Positions 1-9,470 of a stretch of DNA of 64,000 nucleotides are shown here, piece after piece. The DNA is from a virus. Taxonomy: Duplodnaviria > Heunggongvirae > Uroviricota > Caudoviricetes. The position numbers and the translations under genes were made by a program. The stretch lies in the IMG/VR virus record IMGVR_UViG_3300043178_000179; one strand, given 5' to 3'. Under the pieces are notes generated by a model, which was not told where the DNA came from, searched no databases, and worked only from the letters and a program-made list of their open reading frames with translations. Numbering within the stretch: position 1 is the stretch's first letter; each line of letters starts with the position of its first letter.

Positions 1-140
1 CCCTGCCCGAAGCACGGCACCGCGACGATGGGCCAGGCGCCAACGCCCCCTTCCGCGCCGGCTTCCACGTCCTCGGACGGCACGCTGATCGCGCTCGGGC
101 TCGCTGCCGCCGCTGCCGCGGCGCCCTTCGCGATGAACTG

Positions 141-2696
141 GTGGAGGAACCGGTGAGGCTCCGGCGCCATCGGGTGCGCCTGCCCGAGCGCGCCGGGACC
201 GTCCCGCGCCCGCCGCCGTACTGGCCGGGCATCCCGGAAGTCCGCCCGTTCGAGGACGTCTACGACGGTGACGAGGTCCTGGACGACCTGCTGCTGGAGG
301 TGGACCTGCTGACTGCTCCGAAGAAGGGCTCGAAGCAGGGTGGCTTGTCCGAGCTGGTCAAGGCGAAGGTCGAGGCCGCGACGGCCAAGGCCAAGGCAAA
401 GACGGCGAAGCGAGAGGCCAAGGCTGCGCGAAGCGAGGCGGCCGAGCAGCGCCACGAGGCGCAGGCCGAGCGCGCGGAGACTCGGGAGGTCCGCGCCGAG
501 GGCCGGACGGCCCGCGCCGAGGACGGCGGGGAGTCCGTCGGAGCGGCCCGTTCCGGGATGTTGCCGGTGATGGACCCGGAGCACAACGTCCGGGAGACGG
601 CCAAGCAGCTCGCGCTGTTGGAGGACCACCTCTTCCACCCCGCGAAGCGGTGCGCGGACTGCATCCGCAAGCACCTGCTGACGGCCGAGGCGTTGGCCGA
701 GGAGGCCACGACGCTCGACGTGGACGGTGCGATGGGCGAGGCGACGACGGAGGGTCTGGTCGAGAAGATCCGCGGGTTGCAGCGCGCGTACCTCGCCGGG
801 ATCTCGAAGCGCGACCTCGCGCAGAAGGTCCGGGAGATCCGGAAGGACCTGGCCAAGCGGTCCTTCGGCGCGGTCTCGAAGCAGGCATCCCAGATGCCGG
901 AAGGGAGCCGCGCGGTCCGCGACCGGGTCGGTCCTGAGCCGGTGGAGGGTGGCGACCCGCCGCTCGGGGTTCCGCCTCCCATGGCCTTCTCCCAGGACTC
1001 GGTCGATGGCTTGGGCGGGTCGGCCGACGAGCGGCCGGACCTGGAGACGGCGGTCCAGTCGGCCCGGTCCGAGTGGCTCGGGCGGAACGGGGTGCTGGCG
1101 GTCCGCGCCATCGGTGGTGACACCATCCGGGTGGAGCGCGCGCCGGTCGACGCCCCCGAGCCGCCGGGGACGTACATGGGCTGGCCGGTCGAGACGACGA
1201 CGATCAGGTGCCGGCCCGGGCTGCACCGGGTGTTGCCGCTGGCGCGCTGGACGCTGGTGGGGCAGTACGGGATCGAGTCGGTGGCGCTGGAGAAGAACCC
1301 GTCCCACCGTCCGCTCACGCTCGATCCGGAGTATCGGCTGGTCGCGCTCGTGTCCGGTCGCGGGAAGATGCCGGGGCAGGCGAGGATCCCGGACTCGTAC
1401 ATGGGTTGGCCGATGGTGACCCGGCCGCTTCGGGCCCGCGGCTCCACGGCCCGCGGCTCCTCGGCGCTCATGGAGAGCGATGCACACCGCCGTGGGTTTC
1501 GTGGCGGCGAGGCCGTGATCTTCGGCGTGCCCCGTGCCGATGAGTCCGGGCTCTTCACCTGGCGCCGTGGGCACACGCTCCAGGTCGGCGACCGGTTCGA
1601 CGACGACCTGGTGGAATCGATCCCGCAGCAGGGCTGGGTGGCGGTCCGGGATCCGGCCCGCAACACGGCGCACTGGGTGCCCGAGGCCGCGGTCGTCCGG
1701 GTCCAGCCGAGCCCGATCTCGGATTGGCTGCGGGGCCGGACGCTGACCCGGTTCGACGAGAAGCAGCTCACGGGGGCGGTGGTGAGCCAGCGTCCGCTGA
1801 CCGAGGAGCAACTCGCGATGGCGGACCTCGTGCAGGGCGTGATGGCGCCTCATCTCGCCAACGCCTGCGACTGGGCCGGCATCGACCCGGCCCTGGTGGC
1901 GAACAAGGGGTGCCGGCAGGACGTGCCGCAGAAGCTGCTGGTGGCCGCGCTGGTGAACGCGGCGTACGAATCGAACTTCGACCCCGAGGCCGTCGGAGAC
2001 AAGGGCGCCTCGGTGGGGCTCTTCCAGCTCAACGTCCGGGGTGCCGGCCAGGGGATGTCGGTGGTGGATCGGAAGAACCCGATCCGCAACACGCTCCGGA
2101 TCCTGGAGGTGGCCTCGAAGAAGGCCCCGGCCTTCGCGACGGCGATGGTGAACGACGCCCAGGCCGCGGTCACGGCGCCGATGGTGGGCGCGGCTGAGAT
2201 CGGGACTCCTGTCGGAGAGTACGCGCGGCTCTGGACGGTCCACATCGAGGAGCCGAAGTACGCGGACAAGAAGGGTGCCCTGCGCGGCCGGACGGCCGAC
2301 CTGTTGGTGGCGGCCGGGACGCGCCCGACCGTGGCGACGGACCTGCCGGTGCTGCGTGCCGGCGTCCAAGGCCAAGGGCCGGCCGTCGCGCTGCTCCAGC
2401 AACGGCTGAACGCGCACGGCTACCCAGTGGACGTGGACGGGACCTTCGGACCTCGGACGCTCGCGGCCGTGATCGAGTTCCAGCTGGCCCGCGGGATCGT
2501 GCCCGACGGCGTGGTCGGTCCGAGCACCTGGTCGGCGCTGATGCGCGAGCGCGGCGCGGTTGCCCCGGCGCCCGCCCCGATGGCCCGCACGGCCCCGTCG
2601 GCGCCGAGCGCCGGTCCATCGGCCGGCGTGCTCGTGCTCGGTGGCCTCGCAGCGGCCGCGGCGCTCCTCGGGGTCGCGCTGAGCCGCCCCGGCTGA
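141..2696 (+). CDS. virion-associated murein hydrolase: coiled-coil N-terminus, lytic transglycosylase (SLT) domain, PG_binding_1 domain, C-terminal hydrophobic anchor
   Basis: GTG start. SLT motif 'AAYESNFDPEAVGDKGASVGLFQL'. PG-binding repeat 'LLQQRLNAHGYPVDVDGTFGPRTLAAVIEFQ'. K/A/E-rich coiled coil near the N-terminus. C-terminal 'VLVLGGLAAAAALLGVAL'. Confidence 0.6.
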   Translation: MEEPVRLRRHRVRLPERAGTVPRPPPYWPGIPEVRPFEDVYDGDEVLDDLLLEVDLLTAPKKGSKQGGLSELVKAKVEAATAKAKAKTAKREAKAARSEAAEQRHEAQAERAETREVRAEGRTARAEDGGESVGAARSGMLPVMDPEHNVRETAKQLALLEDHLFHPAKRCADCIRKHLLTAEALAEEATTLDVDGAMGEATTEGLVEKIRGLQRAYLAGISKRDLAQKVREIRKDLAKRSFGAVSKQASQMPEGSRAVRDRVGPEPVEGGDPPLGVPPPMAFSQDSVDGLGGSADERPDLETAVQSARSEWLGRNGVLAVRAIGGDTIRVERAPVDAPEPPGTYMGWPVETTTIRCRPGLHRVLPLARWTLVGQYGIESVALEKNPSHRPLTLDPEYRLVALVSGRGKMPGQARIPDSYMGWPMVTRPLRARGSTARGSSALMESDAHRRGFRGGEAVIFGVPRADESGLFTWRRGHTLQVGDRFDDDLVESIPQQGWVAVRDPARNTAHWVPEAAVVRVQPSPISDWLRGRTLTRFDEKQLTGAVVSQRPLTEEQLAMADLVQGVMAPHLANACDWAGIDPALVANKGCRQDVPQKLLVAALVNAAYESNFDPEAVGDKGASVGLFQLNVRGAGQGMSVVDRKNPIRNTLRILEVASKKAPAFATAMVNDAQAAVTAPMVGAAEIGTPVGEYARLWTVHIEEPKYADKKGALRGRTADLLVAAGTRPTVATDLPVLRAGVQGQGPAVALLQQRLNAHGYPVDVDGTFGPRTLAAVIEFQLARGIVPDGVVGPSTWSALMRERGAVAPAPAPMARTAPSAPSAGPSAGVLVLGGLAAAAALLGVALSRPG

Positions 2697-2757
2697 CCCA
2701 TGCGGGTGCTGGTGATCCAGTGCGGCGCGCGGAAGCGCTCTGGAACGCATCCCGTCC

Positions 2758-3528
2758 GTGCTCTCGGCCGAGCACGGGCTCTTGCCGGAGGCGGCCTTGT
2801 GTCCGGCCTACGACCGGGTACTGGTGCCGTCCGGCTACCGGGGCAGGACGAAGGACGGAAGCCCGGTGCGTCGGGTCGACGAGCTGGTCCCGCGGCTCCG
2901 GCAGCAGCGCGACGAGCACGAGCTTCCCCGCGCGCTCGACTTCGTCGGTGGGAAGCTCTACGCCGAGGCGCTCGTCGCGGCGGGGTACGAGGTCCGGTCG
3001 CTGTCGGCCGCCGGGATCGGGTACAAGCGCGCGGCATTGCGCGAGTACCTGGAAAGCGCGGCTCCGGGAAAGGGAGGGCGGCGCCGGGTGCTGGACGCCA
3101 GCGACGCTCACACTCCGGACGGGAACCTCCTGTACGAGACGAAGGCCGGCCCGGCCGCGGCCTTCTGGGAGTTTCTCTCCCCGCACCGTGGATGGAATGT
3201 CCTCGTTGTCCCATTGAGGCCCCGGCGCATCCCGCTGAGCCCGAGTCTGGCCCGGCGTGTGGCGCAGCGGTTGAGGCTTGTACCTCTTCCGACCGATCCT
3301 GACGGTCTTCGACGGATCAATGCCCTCTCGGAGTCCTCGGACCTGGAAGACCGTGCGCTCTTCTTGCGTGGTTTCGTCGCTGAGCTAGGCCTCTACGGCG
3401 CGGCAAGCCGGTTGGGGGCCCGTTTGGAGGGACTGTCGCCCAGCCTGATACAGCAGCGCTGGGGCCGTCTGGCCGACCTGAACTTTGCCCAGGATGCCAA
3501 GGACTTGGACGCCCAGGAAGAGGATTAG
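2758..3528 (+). CDS. hypothetical protein
   Basis: GTG start. Protein-like composition in frame 1. The upstream frame is closed by a TGA at 2713. Confidence 0.4.
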   Translation: MLSAEHGLLPEAALCPAYDRVLVPSGYRGRTKDGSPVRRVDELVPRLRQQRDEHELPRALDFVGGKLYAEALVAAGYEVRSLSAAGIGYKRAALREYLESAAPGKGGRRRVLDASDAHTPDGNLLYETKAGPAAAFWEFLSPHRGWNVLVVPLRPRRIPLSPSLARRVAQRLRLVPLPTDPDGLRRINALSESSDLEDRALFLRGFVAELGLYGAASRLGARLEGLSPSLIQQRWGRLADLNFAQDAKDLDAQEED

Positions 3529-3608
3529 CCTTGACGGCCAAGCGCATCCCGCGCTAAGGGGGCGTCCATGACCCACTCATTGGATGCCTTCGACTTGGGG
3601 ACCACCCG

Positions 3609-4142
3609 ATGAGCCGAGCGACGCCCAGCGGGCGCACCAAGACGCCGCGCGTGGACCGGGACCGTTGGCGCACGCCACCGGAGGTCGTCGCGGACCTCGC
3701 GCGTCGGTTCGACGTCACCTTCGGCCTCGATGCGGCGGCGACGACGGGGACCGAGGTATGCGCCCGGGGGATCAGCCCGGAGATGAACGCGCTGGCGATG
3801 CGGTGGGCGCCGCTGTGTCCGCCCGACGGGGCCGTGTGGCTGAACCCGCCCTACTCTCAGCGCGGCGGAGGGCTCTTGGCCTGGTCCGAGAAGGCCGCCG
3901 AGGCCGCGGCGGAACGGACCGTGGTGGTCTTGGCTCCGTCGACCCCGGACGCCCGGTGGTTCCGGCTGCTCTGGAAGTGGTCGTCGCGGGTGCTGTTCAG
4001 CGAAGGGCGGATCCAGTTTCTCCAGCCGGACGGCTCGCCGAGCAGGGGCAACCCCGGTGGGTCGAGCGTGTTCCTGCTGCACCGGAACAGCCCAGGCGCA
4101 CCGCGCGTCGAGTTCTGGCCGATTCCCCGGGTGCGCCGGTGA
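3609..4142 (+). CDS. phage N6-adenine DNA methyltransferase (Dam-like, phage_N6A_met family)
   Basis: 'DAAA' followed by the catalytic 'NPPYS' motif in a ~177 aa protein, typical of small phage Dam methylases. Confidence 0.75.
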   Translation: MSRATPSGRTKTPRVDRDRWRTPPEVVADLARRFDVTFGLDAAATTGTEVCARGISPEMNALAMRWAPLCPPDGAVWLNPPYSQRGGGLLAWSEKAAEAAAERTVVVLAPSTPDARWFRLLWKWSSRVLFSEGRIQFLQPDGSPSRGNPGGSSVFLLHRNSPGAPRVEFWPIPRVRR

Positions 4143-4432
4143 ACGTCTGCGTCCGGTGCGGGCACGCGCCGTGTACCGCCTGCTCGACGTGGTGCGACGT
4201 GGTGCTTCGAGACGGAAACCAGAAGGGCGAGGTCGAACTCTGCTGCGACGGGACGTGTCTCTACCCGGACGGGACGGGACTGGACGCCGATACCGACCTG
4301 GCCCGGACCGAGCGCGAGCACGCGGCGCGGCTCGGCCTCGACGTCCTCGGGCTGTATGCGACCCACGTCGCGGTGCCTCGGTGTCACGACGAGGCCGGAG
4401 GATGGGAGATCGACCCCAGGAGTCGGGCATGA
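4139..4432 (+). CDS. small Cys-rich (zinc-finger-like) protein
   Basis: GTG start overlapping the upstream stop (GTGA). 'CVRCGHAPCTACSTWC...CCDGTC'. Confidence 0.35.
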   Translation: MNVCVRCGHAPCTACSTWCDVVLRDGNQKGEVELCCDGTCLYPDGTGLDADTDLARTEREHAARLGLDVLGLYATHVAVPRCHDEAGGWEIDPRSRA

Positions 4433-4644
4433 ACCTCGACCTGTTGCGTGAGGTGCTGCGCGCGGCGCTCCGCCCCAGCGGGGAGGAGATCCGCGCGGTC
4501 GTGAAGGAGTGCATGCCACCGGACGCCTACCAGGAGAGGACGATGAACCTCCGGCCGAAGGTCGGGATCATCGGCGCCGGGGACGGCACCGTCCCCGGAC
4601 GGGCGCCGATCGAAACGTTCCTCGGCGGCTGGGCCGCCGCCTAG
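4429..4644 (+). CDS. small hypothetical protein
   Basis: ATGA overlap with the upstream stop. 71 aa. Confidence 0.3.
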   Translation: MNLDLLREVLRAALRPSGEEIRAVVKECMPPDAYQERTMNLRPKVGIIGAGDGTVPGRAPIETFLGGWAAA

Positions 4645-4735
4645 GGCCTGACGGGTCTCTACGGAGACCCCGCCCGCGGCTATGCGGGCGGGTACGAGGA
4701 GGCCCCATGATCGTGCGCGGGAGACCCCATGACGC

Positions 4736-5002
4736 TTGCCTCGCTCGACTACGTCTCCGACCCCGATCTCTGTGGGCTGCCAGTCGTCCTCGTCTGCTAC
4801 CTCTACGCCCTCGTCGAGCGCGGGGAGGCCACATGGCCGACCGTGTGAGCTTTGGCGCGGCGCGGTCGGTGGCGGACCACGCGACGAAGGGCGAGCCGTG
4901 ACCGCGCTCCCCATTGCCTCCGCCGTCGCCGCGCTGGACCTCCCCGCGACCCGGGCGGCTGCGGCCGTAGTCGAGATGCTGGCGAACCGCGGGGCGCCAT
5001 GA
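4736..5002 (+). CDS. small hypothetical protein; its 3' end carries the shared junction motif '...RAAAAVVEMLA'
   Basis: The C-terminal peptide and its DNA recur at the 3' end of ORF 26236..26553. Start uncertain. Confidence 0.25.
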   Translation: MPRSTTSPTPISVGCQSSSSATSTPSSSAGRPHGRPCELWRGAVGGGPRDEGRAVTALPIASAVAALDLPATRAAAAVVEMLANRGAP

Positions 5003-5634
5003 TCCGCGCCCTCTCGATCAGCGGCGGCAAGGACTCGGCCGCGGCGGCTCTCCACATGGAGGAGCTGGGCCTGGAGGTTCACGCCCGGATCTACATGGAC
5101 ACGGGATGGGAGCACCACGACACCTACGTTCACCTGGATCTACTGGAGCGCAGGCTGGGCCCGATCACGCGCCTGCGCGTCGATGTCCCGATCCTCCCCG
5201 GCTACGAGGCTGAGGTCGCGAAGCTGGAGGCCATGCTTGGGATCTCCCCCTCCGCCATGGTCCGGCTCTGTGTTTGGAAGGGATATTTCCCCGGCCAGGG
5301 TACGCGCTGGTGTACGCAGGTCCTCAAGCACGTCCCCGCCGCGCGCTGGTACGCGGCGCAGGCCGACGACGTGGAGAGCGTGGTCGGGGTCCGCCGCGCC
5401 GAGTCGCTGGCCCGATCCCGGCTTCCCGATCGCGAATCGATGGAGCGCGTCGAAGTGCCGCCGGTGGTCCGTCTCCCGGGTGGGAGCCGGCGGATCGAGC
5501 TGGGCCACGTCGAGCAGTGGAGGCCGCTCGCGGACTGGTCCGAGGAGGAGGTGGTGCGCATCCACCAGCGTCACGGGCTCCCGCTGAACCCGCTCTACAG
5601 GCGGGGTTCGCGGACGATCCGCGGGTCGCAGTGA
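4999..5634 (+). CDS. PAPS reductase-like PP-loop ATP pyrophosphatase
   Basis: PP-loop 'SISGGKDS' near the N-terminus. ATGA overlap with the upstream ORF. Confidence 0.7.
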   Translation: MIRALSISGGKDSAAAALHMEELGLEVHARIYMDTGWEHHDTYVHLDLLERRLGPITRLRVDVPILPGYEAEVAKLEAMLGISPSAMVRLCVWKGYFPGQGTRWCTQVLKHVPAARWYAAQADDVESVVGVRRAESLARSRLPDRESMERVEVPPVVRLPGGSRRIELGHVEQWRPLADWSEEEVVRIHQRHGLPLNPLYRRGSRTIRGSQ

Positions 5635-5960
5635 TCCGTCGCCTGGAGGAGATCGCCAGCGCGCGGGTCCAGGAGCGACGCACGGCCCGCGTCGAGGCCG
5701 GCGTGAAGCAGCGCAAGGACATGCCGCCGCCGGCCTGGTTCCAGGTCCGCGATCCAGTCGCCATCGCGGCGTGGCGAGCCACGCACCCGGACGCAGCCGA
5801 GGACGAGCAGAACCGCCACCTGTGCGCGCCCATCGACCAGGCCCTGGAGTGGGCGCGCACCTCGCGCGGCGGGCGCCAGGTCCAGATGTTCGGCGCACCG
5901 TCGCGGGATTGGGCCTGCTCACGATTCGGCTACTGCGAGACGCGGCCGGAGGAGTCGTGA
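5631..5960 (+). CDS. hypothetical protein
   Basis: GTG start overlapping the upstream TGA. Cys-containing 'CAPIDQALEW...FGYCE'. Confidence 0.4.
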   Translation: MIRRLEEIASARVQERRTARVEAGVKQRKDMPPPAWFQVRDPVAIAAWRATHPDAAEDEQNRHLCAPIDQALEWARTSRGGRQVQMFGAPSRDWACSRFGYCETRPEES

Positions 5961-6307
5961 CCGCCTGGACCGTCACCACCAAGGGGAACCTGCGGTGCCG
6001 GGCACACTTCCGCCGGGAGGGAGCCGCTGCTGGCATTCCCGGCGCGCTCCCCATTGCCTCGGAGTTGATCCGCGCTGCCGTAGTCGCGCTGGACCTCCCC
6101 GCGGTGCGTGCGGCTTTCCACCTGGTACTCCAGGGGTGGCCCGAGCTGGGCGAGTGGACCAAGCGCGGCACCTCCCCGCTGAGTGCGGCGTGGACCAAGG
6201 CGACGGCATACCGCGTCGTCGGTAACGCCGTGCCGCCTTCGCTGGCCGAGGCCGTCGGGCGGGCCGTGATCGAGGCCGATGCCACGTGGCGCAGGGTGGC
6301 GGGGTGA
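5957..6307 (+). pseudogene. remnant of a C5-cytosine DNA methyltransferase (C-terminal motifs IX-X only)
   Basis: 'LQGWPELGEW...YRVVGNAVPPSLAEAVGRAVIEA' is near-identical to the C-terminus of the full methylase at 26550..28334. Motifs I-VIII are absent. Confidence 0.5.
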
Positions 6308-7205
6308 CCCGCCCCCGCGGTCTCTACGTCCCCTTCGCCGGGGCGCTGGGCGAGACGCTGTGCCTGCTCGGGGGGCGGCGACTGTTGCCCCCGTGCGGGT
6401 ACATGGGCTCCAAGCGCGCATACGGGCCGGCGATCCTCGGCGCGCTCGGCCTGCACCCCGGTCAGGGCTGCGACCTCGCTCTGATCGTGGACGCCGGACC
6501 CTGGGGCTGGGCCTGGCAGCACCTCTTCCAGGCGGACACGGCGCGATCCGTCGCGGCCCAACTCCGCGCGTGGCGTGGCGAGGACCCGGTCGGGCTCTGG
6601 CGCCGGCTGGCCGCAGAGCCACCGCCCGGGGATCTGATCGACGGGATCGCGACTTGGCTGTGGCTCCAGGCGCGGTGCGCGAACGCTTGTCCGGTGTGGT
6701 GGGATGATACCGGCTGGCGGATGGGCGACAAGCCGCGGTCGGGTGGGGCGAAGGGTGCGATTCAGCACGGGCACCACGCGGACCCCGACCACCCGCACAT
6801 CCAGTGGGGACGGCGGCCGGCCGCACCCGAGCCGGCCGTTCGACATGCCAGCCGCGAGATCCGCCCCAAGGGCACGGGGCGCGGGACTGTACGCGGCATG
6901 ATCGACCCCGGCACCATCGCCGCGCGGATTGAGGCCATCGCCCACCAGTTTGCGGCGTACCTCTGCCTCCAGGCGGGGGCGGCGCTCAGCAAGCCCGTGG
7001 TCGTGCGCGACGGGAGATGGAAGACGGCGGGTTACGGTCACATCAGCGAATCCGCTCGCGAGCGTGGCTTCGTGGACCGCCTGCGCTCCGACATGATCGC
7101 GCTCTGCGTCGACCGCCTCGCGGAGCTCCGGGCTCCGGCCATCGTCGCCTGCCACGCCCGCGCCGAGGACTGCGTGCCGCAGGGCGACCTGGACGGCTGG
7201 GTCGC
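6127..7205 (+). repeat. direct repeat copy A (~1.08 kb) of the methyltransferase module
   Basis: Near-identical to 28155..29199. Both start at 'ctccaggggtggcccgagctgggcgagtgg'. Confidence 0.8.
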
Positions 7206-7494
7206 GATTCTCGATCCGCCCTACCGCGGCGCGACGAGCTACGCGGCGGACTGCCCGCGCGAGACGGTGCTGGCGATGGCGCTGGACCTGCGAGCCCGCG
7301 GCGCGCGGGTCGCGGTCTGCGAGGCGGAGCCGCTGGCTCTCCCCGGCTGGCATCACCTCGACCTGACGGGCGTGCGCAGCGCGGGCGGGCCCGGATCGTG
7401 GTCCGCACGGCGCGCGAAGGGCGAGTGGCTGACGCTCAGCGACCCGCCGGCGGCGAGGCCGGTGGTCCAGCAAGCGCTCTGGCGGTCCGCATGA
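6303..7494 (+). CDS. DNA methyltransferase, N6A/N4C type
   Basis: 'YVPFAGALGE' (motif I-like) and 'ILDPPYRGATSY' (motif IV, DPPY). GTG start overlapping the upstream stop. Confidence 0.6.
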
Positions 7495-8444
7495 TCCTGC
7501 TCTCCGACGCCATCAGCGCCGGCTATCCGCAGATGCGGCGGGACCTGCTCGCTGCGCGCGGCCCTGACGACATCGCGGCCCTGGTGCTCCAGCGCCTCGG
7601 CCACCTGGCCGGCTCCGCGGCGGCTGCCGCCCGCGCCGCGCTGGAGGCCGAGTGGGCATGGCTCCACCATGGACGGCGCCTGCTCTGGCTGGAGCCGCGC
7701 GTCGTGAACGCTCTGCTGGAGGTCCCCATGGCCCCGGTGGTGGCCCCGCCCTGGCCGTGCGCCGTCCAGTGGGCCCCGCACGACGCGCTGATCCATGGCG
7801 AGACCGGCCTGCACTACATCGGCGGGTGGTTGCTGCCGGCGACACCCGCTGGTCGCGTGCCGCTGCTTTCGGCGTGGGCCGGGCATGGCGGGGACGAGGA
7901 GGTGCTGCTGCCGTCCGACTGGACCCATCTTGGGATTGGCACCCCAACGGACTGGCTGCTCCGGAATCTGTGCGCGGCGCTCTCCGATCCTCGGCTGAGC
8001 ACCAGGCTCCGACTGCGACGGGGCGATCGCCTGGCCCGGAAGGCATCACGCTCCACCGCTCGGCCCCGCGTCGAGCGACTGGAACTGACCCCCGACTACC
8101 GGGGAGTCTGGCGTGAGGTAGTGGTTGGGCCCGCCGAGCACCACGAGGCGGGGACGCGCACCCAGGTCCGAGAGCATGCCGTCTCCGATCACACCGCCCG
8201 CGCGTGGGTGCGGGCAATGCGCAACGAGGACGACGAATGGGTGCCTGTCGAGGCCGGCTACGACTGCGACCTCGAGGCCGGCCAAGTGGTGACGCGCTGT
8301 GGGCGTCGCTCGATCCTGATCGCGGTACGGGTGTCCCGGCGCGGGCACGTCCGGGGACGTGGGCTGATGCCGGCGAGGCTTACGCGGGTGATCGGCCCCT
8401 CCCCGCTCGAAGAGGATCGGCCTCTCGACGGGGACGCTCCGTAG
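7491..8444 (+). CDS. hypothetical protein
   Basis: ATGA overlap with the upstream gene. Protein-like composition. Confidence 0.5.
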   Translation: MILLSDAISAGYPQMRRDLLAARGPDDIAALVLQRLGHLAGSAAAAARAALEAEWAWLHHGRRLLWLEPRVVNALLEVPMAPVVAPPWPCAVQWAPHDALIHGETGLHYIGGWLLPATPAGRVPLLSAWAGHGGDEEVLLPSDWTHLGIGTPTDWLLRNLCAALSDPRLSTRLRLRRGDRLARKASRSTARPRVERLELTPDYRGVWREVVVGPAEHHEAGTRTQVREHAVSDHTARAWVRAMRNEDDEWVPVEAGYDCDLEAGQVVTRCGRRSILIAVRVSRRGHVRGRGLMPARLTRVIGPSPLEEDRPLDGDAP

Positions 8445-8575
8445 GATGGAGGCCCAAGAGAACGCACGCTCAGGTCAGCAGCAGGACCGTGCCGAGGATC
8501 ATTCCAGCGGCAACGAGTCCCACCGCCATCGCACGGACCAGGTCATCGAGGGTGAATCGGTCGGGTGGGCGCGTC

Positions 8576-8824
8576 CTATCCCGGGTCCTGGGTCGCTTCG
8601 ACCCGCGGGACCCCCTTTCGCCCGCCCGCGACGTGCTCCACGCCGTTTCCGGCGACGAAGATGCCGAGCACCATCGCCACCCCGTCGAGCACCACCTTTG
8701 CCTCCTCGACCGTGAGCACGTCCAGCGCGAGGCCCACACCGACGACCGCGAGCAGCAGCATCGAGCGGTCCAGCGCGGTCCCCTTCCGGCCCGGCGTCGA
8801 GAGTAGCGTGAAGAGCGCCTTCAT
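8576..8824 (-). CDS. small membrane protein (holin-like, two predicted TM segments)
   Basis: 'MKALFTLLSTPGRKGTALDRSMLLLAVVGVGLALDVL...VAMVLGIFVAG'. ATGA-coupled to the upstream minus-strand gene. Confidence 0.35.
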   Translation of the reverse strand: MKALFTLLSTPGRKGTALDRSMLLLAVVGVGLALDVLTVEEAKVVLDGVAMVLGIFVAGNGVEHVAGGRKGVPRVEATQDPG

Positions 8825-9201
8825 CGCACGTTCGCCTTGCGTGCTGCCCATGCCGCCTCGTCGCGCTCGATCTCCAGCCACACGGGCTCGCCCCGGGCGA
8901 GGCACGCGGCGATCATCTTGTTCCCCGGATGGATGCGGATCCCCTGGAACCCGGGCACGTCGCAGACCAGCGGCATCTCCCGCTGGAACCGCTTGGAGAA
9001 GGTCATCGTCACCCGGTAGCGTCCGACCGGGATCGCCGTTTCGGCCTTGACCTTCGCGGCCTTGATCTGCGCGTCGGTCATCCCCTGTGAGAGATCGCGA
9101 TCCTCGTCCTCCACTGTGTAGCCGAACGACTTGCCGTCCACGGTGAGCACGCCGAGGGTGGCGGTGGAGCCGAACACGTCGCGGGTCAGCGTGAGCCGCA
9201 T
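8821..9201 (-). CDS. hypothetical protein (possible lysis-associated hydrolase)
   Basis: 127 aa with 'VTMTFSKRFQREMPLVCDVPGFQGIRIHPGN'. Sits immediately upstream of the holin-like gene on the minus strand. Confidence 0.35.
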   Translation of the reverse strand: MRLTLTRDVFGSTATLGVLTVDGKSFGYTVEDEDRDLSQGMTDAQIKAAKVKAETAIPVGRYRVTMTFSKRFQREMPLVCDVPGFQGIRIHPGNKMIAACLARGEPVWLEIERDEAAWAARKANVR

Positions 9202-9404
9202 CAGGACACGGTACCACCCTTCGTCCCGAGACGGACTGTTCCCCCGCCACGAGGGCCCTGTGGCTCGCCCTGGCCTCCAGCCGGAGGCGCGGGTGGAATG
9301 TCGTAGAAGTAGCGGCTTCCACCGCCGCGGGGAAACAGCGTTGTCGCCGCTGCCATCGCGGCAACGGTTCCAAGGGCGAGGACGGTTCCGTCTGAGGTAG
9401 GCAT
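9201..9404 (-). CDS. small hydrophobic protein
   Basis: 'LALGTVAAMAAATTLF' hydrophobic stretch. Weak call. Confidence 0.2.
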   Translation of the reverse strand: MPTSDGTVLALGTVAAMAAATTLFPRGGGSRYFYDIPPAPPAGGQGEPQGPRGGGTVRLGTKGGTVS

Positions 9405-9470
9405 GTCGCCACACTACCACGTCCCGGTCTCGCGCGTGCCACTTCCCGTGCGCCGTGGTAGCCTTCCGGC

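Noticed and set aside
2700-3302. Alternative ORFs 2700..3302 and 2720..3217 overlapping the 2758 gene
   Set aside because: Frame 1 (2758..3528) has the most protein-like composition, and the others are Arg/Gly-rich. The call for 2758 itself remains low-confidence.
5140-7473. 777-aa minus-strand ORF, and similar very long antisense ORFs (22710..24815, 37363..39093, 34467..35741, 40828..42348, 53982..55373, 59442..61076)
   Set aside because: Arg/Gly/Pro/Ala-rich low-complexity translations overlap well-supported sense genes (methyltransferases, DUF5131, GHKL ATPase, endolysin, tRNAs). They are typical high-GC open-frame artefacts.
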